Positions 60,453-64,000 of a stretch of DNA of 64,000 nt are shown one piece after another. The DNA is from an uncultured Chloroflexia bacterium. Its GTDB lineage: Bacteria; Chloroflexota; Limnocylindria; QHBO01. The position numbers and the translations under genes are program-made. Positions within the stretch are counted from its first letter, which is position 1. Every line of letters begins with the position of its first letter. The notes beneath the pieces were generated by a model. That model saw only the letters and a list, made by a program, of their open reading frames with translations. It was not told where the DNA came from and ran no database searches. The stretch spans positions 260,494-324,493 of the forward strand of contig CAWINH010000006.1 of assembly GCA_963837425.1 (NCBI GenBank). The letters are read 5' to 3'.

Positions 60453-60912
60453 GTGGGCGCCCCTGAGCCCGTGGCGGTGGGCGGCCTCCCCGATGGCGGC
60501 TGGGTGGGCCTGGTGGCGGGCGCCGATGGCTTCCGCCTCGTCGTGGGTGGCTCGCGAGCGACCGCCGTCGATCGCGGTCCGCTCGGTCGAGCGACGGTCG
60601 ACGCTGACCGCGTTGGCCATCCTGCATTTCGAAGAGGCGCTCGACGCGCCATCGGCCCGAGTTGACGAGGCGACGCACCGCGAGATGGCCGACTTGCTGC
60701 GCTGGCTGGGCGAGACGGCGCCGAGCGCCGAGGAGCGCGAGCTGGTGGCCCTTGCCCTCGATTCCGTGGAGGACGGTCTCCCCGGCGACGCGGTCAGCCT
60801 GCGCCTGATGGCGCTCCTCGCGGCGATGGCGCGCGGAACGGGCACGACGACCACGCCCCCAGATGCGCTGGAGATCGTCCTCGGGCGCGCCCGCGAGATC
60901 GGCCGGGGTTAG
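60453..60912 (+). CDS. hypothetical protein (probable frameshift ~60595)
   Basis: Coding-like VGAPEPVAVGGLPDGGWVGL switches frame to LTALAILHFEEALD...EIGRG*. Confidence 0.4.
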
Positions 60913-61518
60913 CCGGCCGGGTTCTCCTCGGAACCACCGCCCTCGCACGGATGGCTCGGCCGGGGCCTGGGGCTCGGCGGGAGCCGGAGGCGCAGCAGCG
61001 GGCGCCGGAGGCGCAACGGGAGGTGCCGGTGCAGGCGGTGGCGGCGGGGCTGCCTGCTGGGGCGGCGCCGCGGGAGGCGCAGCGGGCGGCGCCGCGGGTG
61101 TTGCGCCTGCCGAGCCTGCCGGCATGCCGAGCACGAACTTGCCGCCCTCGGCCTGGAAGGCCTGCCAGCCGATCCAGCCCATCCACAGCGCGGCGGCAAA
61201 GCCAACGATGAAGAGCAGGGTGTCGATGTCGGTGAAGTAATTGAAGATGTAGCGGAGCTCGACGAGCGCGGCGAGCGCCCAGAACACCGCGGACACGCCG
61301 CCGGTCACGACCAGCAGGGTGCCTGTGGAACCGGGAAGCTTCGTGTTCGGCGACATCTGAGGCAGAAACACGACCGCCAGCATCCCGACCGCCGCGATCA
61401 GCGAGATCGCCACGAGCCCGCTCCATGCCTGGGAGAGCGCGACGATGCTCAGGACCACGACTGCCACCGATGCAAAGACGGCCATCCGCTCGCTGGAGCT
61501 GAGCTTGGAAAAGTCCAT
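60909..61518 (-). CDS. 4-TM membrane protein with Pro/Ala-rich tail (probable frameshift ~60945)
   Basis: GGAGG then MDFSKLSSSER; four TM segments; PPAAPPAAPP tail; the nearest plausible stop, TAA at 60909, needs a frame change. Confidence 0.6.
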
Positions 61519-61643
61519 GAACCTGCTGCCTCCGTTCCCTCTGCGGCTGGGTGTGGCCCCCGACCACTGCGGGCGCACCGCGTGGCGCACCTTATCACAG
61601 GCCTGTCGCGCTTCATAGGGTGCGTGCCCTCGCTTGGAGTGGG

Positions 61644-62615
61644 TCAGCCCCGCTCGGCGAGCCGGTCGCCCAGGCCCCGGAAGACGCGGGCCCCGATCTG
61701 AGACCACGGCATCCGGACGAGCTGGTACCCGGCGACGGCGTAGATGGCGCCGGCCACCAGATCGATCACGTAGTGGTGCCCAAGGTAAACGGTCGCGAAC
61801 CAGATCAGGCCCACGAACGGCGCCCACAGCCACGCGGCTCGGACCGATCGCTCACGAAGGAAGAGCAGGACGAGCACCGCGTAGGCGGCATGCATCGAGG
61901 GGAAGGCGGCCAGCGGGTTGCCGAGCATGTGGACGTACATCGACGAGAACCCGCCCCACCCGAAGCTGCGGCTGACCTCGGCCATGACGTCGGTCACCGG
62001 CAGCGGCACCCCGTTCACCACGGCGAACCGGGGCGGGGCGACCGGAACGAGCAGGAAGGTGAAGAACGCAGCGAAGCTCACCACCAGGAGGGTCACGCCG
62101 AAGCGATAGAAGCGGACTCGATCGCGCAGCCAGAGCGCCACCGCGAAGATGACCGGGTAGACGAAATGGGTCAGGTAGACGACGGACAGGCCGATGTCGA
62201 GCGGGCCCACCACACCCCGCTGCCGGACCGCCGCCTGCAGCTCGACGGTCGGCACGATCCCGCCCATCAGCGTCCGCTCGATGCCCACCACGAGGTCGGC
62301 GGGCAACGTCTGCCCGAAGCCGGCCGCGATCCCGCGCTGCGCCTCCCAGGCGAGGAGGATGATGAGGAACGGCCCCCAGTCGCGGGCGAGTGGCCAGCCA
62401 CGGGCCAGGAAGAGCAGGCCGAGGGCGGTGATGAGCAGCAGCACGTCCATGCCCGGCATGATCCCCAGGGCCAGCATCGCGGTGACGACGAAGCCGATGT
62501 AGGCGCAGACCACCCAGGTGGTGACGCGCATGAGGACTGCCGCCCCTCCTGCCGCCTGGCCGGCGTCGAACTCGACGCCGGCCGCCGACTCCATCTCCGG
62601 CGTGGTCGATGCCAT
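61644..62615 (-). CDS. PAP2-superfamily protein, Aur1/IPC-synthase-like
   Basis: VYLTHF, PVAPPRF, AAFPSMH, VYLGHHYVIDL. Confidence 0.82.
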   Translation of the reverse strand: MASTTPEMESAAGVEFDAGQAAGGAAVLMRVTTWVVCAYIGFVVTAMLALGIMPGMDVLLLITALGLLFLARGWPLARDWGPFLIILLAWEAQRGIAAGFGQTLPADLVVGIERTLMGGIVPTVELQAAVRQRGVVGPLDIGLSVVYLTHFVYPVIFAVALWLRDRVRFYRFGVTLLVVSFAAFFTFLLVPVAPPRFAVVNGVPLPVTDVMAEVSRSFGWGGFSSMYVHMLGNPLAAFPSMHAAYAVLVLLFLRERSVRAAWLWAPFVGLIWFATVYLGHHYVIDLVAGAIYAVAGYQLVRMPWSQIGARVFRGLGDRLAERG

Positions 62616-62727
62616 GCTCCCTCCCGCCCCGCACCTATCCGCACCAGACTGCATCAGCGCCGGGGCCCTGAGACTAGGTATGCGGCAGGGCCGCGTCAAC
62701 TGCGGCCATCCGGCTGGGCGTGGAGGT

Positions 62728-63088
62728 TGGTGGAGATGGGGGAGAATCGAACTCCCCGTCCAGAACCGAGTCCCCGGAAACGTACTACAGGTGTGTCCGG
62801 CCTACTTGGAGCTTCGCTTGCGGGCCCCCGACCGGCGGGGTGCTCCGCTCGCTATCCGGCGTGCCTTTCGGCTCTTTGACGCCACTCACCGGAGTCGGTG
62901 ACGCCGCACCTCCCCTGATGACATCTTCGCCGTCCGGGGAGGGGGGACGGAGTCGATGCTCACTGTCTAAGCAGCGAGAGCGAACTGACGGTTGCCAGTT
63001 AGCAGTTTGCCCGCTGATTTACGAGGCCTGCGGGCGACCTCGACCTGCAGTTCCCGGATCCTGAGCCCTGTCGAAACCTGACATCCCC
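62728..63088 (-). ncRNA. ssrA: tmRNA, tag peptide (A)GNRQFALAA
   Basis: 5' GGGGATGTCAGGTTTCGAC, tag frame GGC AAC CGT CAG TTC GCT CTC GCT GCT TAG, 3' GGGAGTTCGATTCTCCCCCATCTCCACCA. Confidence 0.95.
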
Positions 63089-63151
63089 ACGGATCCGCTT
63101 GACCTCGCGATTCTAGCATGCGCCGCCGGTCGAAGCGAACGCCCGTTCTGT

Positions 63152-64000
63152 TCAGGGGACGAGGTGGACGGGATTGCCCCGGATCGTGACGCCCCAGGTG
63201 GTCGTGTCGTTGCCGCTGTTCACCGTGTAGCGGATCTTCCACCAGCCCGCCTCGTTGTTCGGGTTCTGGGGGTCAGGTGGCGTCAGGCCGGTCGTCCCGT
63301 AGGTCGCCGGGAGCTGGATCGAGATCGTGATCCACGAGTTCTGGTAGTACTGACCGCCGCTCGTGTTGTTCGGGCAGCCGGCCGGCGGTGAGATCGACGA
63401 TCCATTGCCGTAGGTCTGGATGCAGGTCACGTTCGTCCCGCTGGTGTGGCCGGCCGAGGCGTTCGAATCGGCGGTATAGCTCATCGTCGCCGCCTTGTAG
63501 ACGTTGCCGTCCGGGTCCAGGATCTGGAGCCAGGCCTTGTCGCCCACGTCGCCGGGGTCGAAGAGGGTGATCTCCACCGTCTTGCCGGCACCGGCGGCGC
63601 GGTCGATCTGCGCCAGGAAGAACTCCTGCTGACCGGACTGGATGTTCGCGTAGGACACCATGCGGCCGGATCCGTAGACCTTCGGGGTGCCGCCCGACAC
63701 GACCTGGATCGACCACATGTTCTCGAACATCTGGTCCTGGTTGAGGGTCGCGTTGTTTGGATCGGTGGTCCGCACCTGCAGGCGGTAGATCCCCGCCGGC
63801 AGCCCGGTCGCCAGCGGCCACCAGCGGTTGTGCCAGTAGCCGCCCTGGTTCGTGCTCGCGATGGCGCCCTGCGCGCAGTTCGCCGGGGTCCCGGTCCCGT
63901 TCGTGCCCGGCGCGTTGCCATCGGCGTAGTTGTTGTCTGCGCCGCCGGCGCCCGCGGCCTTGCCGAACGCGTTGCTCTTGTCGACCTGGTACTCGTTCTT
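63152..64000 (-). CDS. secreted Cys/Gly/Asn/Thr-rich protein, possibly TadG-like pilus-associated (5' partial)
   Basis: Open frame to the window end; LFDPGD, GWWKIRY, DTTTW, GNPVHLVP C-terminus; the family call is tentative. Confidence 0.55.
   Translation of the reverse strand, partial: KNEYQVDKSNAFGKAAGAGGADNNYADGNAPGTNGTGTPANCAQGAIASTNQGGYWHNRWWPLATGLPAGIYRLQVRTTDPNNATLNQDQMFENMWSIQVVSGGTPKVYGSGRMVSYANIQSGQQEFFLAQIDRAAGAGKTVEITLFDPGDVGDKAWLQILDPDGNVYKAATMSYTADSNASAGHTSGTNVTCIQTYGNGSSISPPAGCPNNTSGGQYYQNSWITISIQLPATYGTTGLTPPDPQNPNNEAGWWKIRYTVNSGNDTTTWGVTIRGNPVHLVP

Noticed and set aside
60208-61833. 541-aa minus-strand ORF overlapping jag
   Set aside because: Only 61518 to ~60945 looks coding; the rest is run-on after a probable indel.
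62640-62730. Prophage or island integrated at the tmRNA 3' end
   Set aside because: No integrase nearby, and I saw no duplicated ssrA 3' end in the window.

Overview
High-GC bacterial chromosome segment spanning the replication origin (rpmH-rnpA-yidD-yidC-jag divergent from dnaA-oriC-dnaN-recF-dciA) and tmRNA. Gene content and protein style suggest Chloroflexota, possibly Limnocylindria/Ellin6529-like (inference). The main finding is an atypical respiratory complex I locus (5497-22594) in which nuoI is split. Its N-terminal half, with one CxxCxxCxxxCP motif, is fused to a degenerate NuoE. Its C-terminal half is fused to the end of a NuoG-N/GltD-like FAD/NADP(H) oxidoreductase. A HydB-like NuoF with eroded FMN/NADH and N3 motifs lies between them. 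This suggests an NADPH-fed complex I whose input module docks through Fe-S clusters shared between subunits. The window also holds an actinobacterial-style phosphatidylinositol-mannoside cluster (pgsA-ino1-patA-patA-PHP-pimA), a very large double GT-C glycosyltransferase divergent from a GT2, and otsAB. Other observations are a uORF/terminator attenuator ahead of an ABC exporter-GNAT-GNAT operon, a TetR/RPH-like pair, several probable pseudo-enzymes and four probable CTG starts. About seven single-site frameshifts look like assembly indels and have to be bridged to read the genes.
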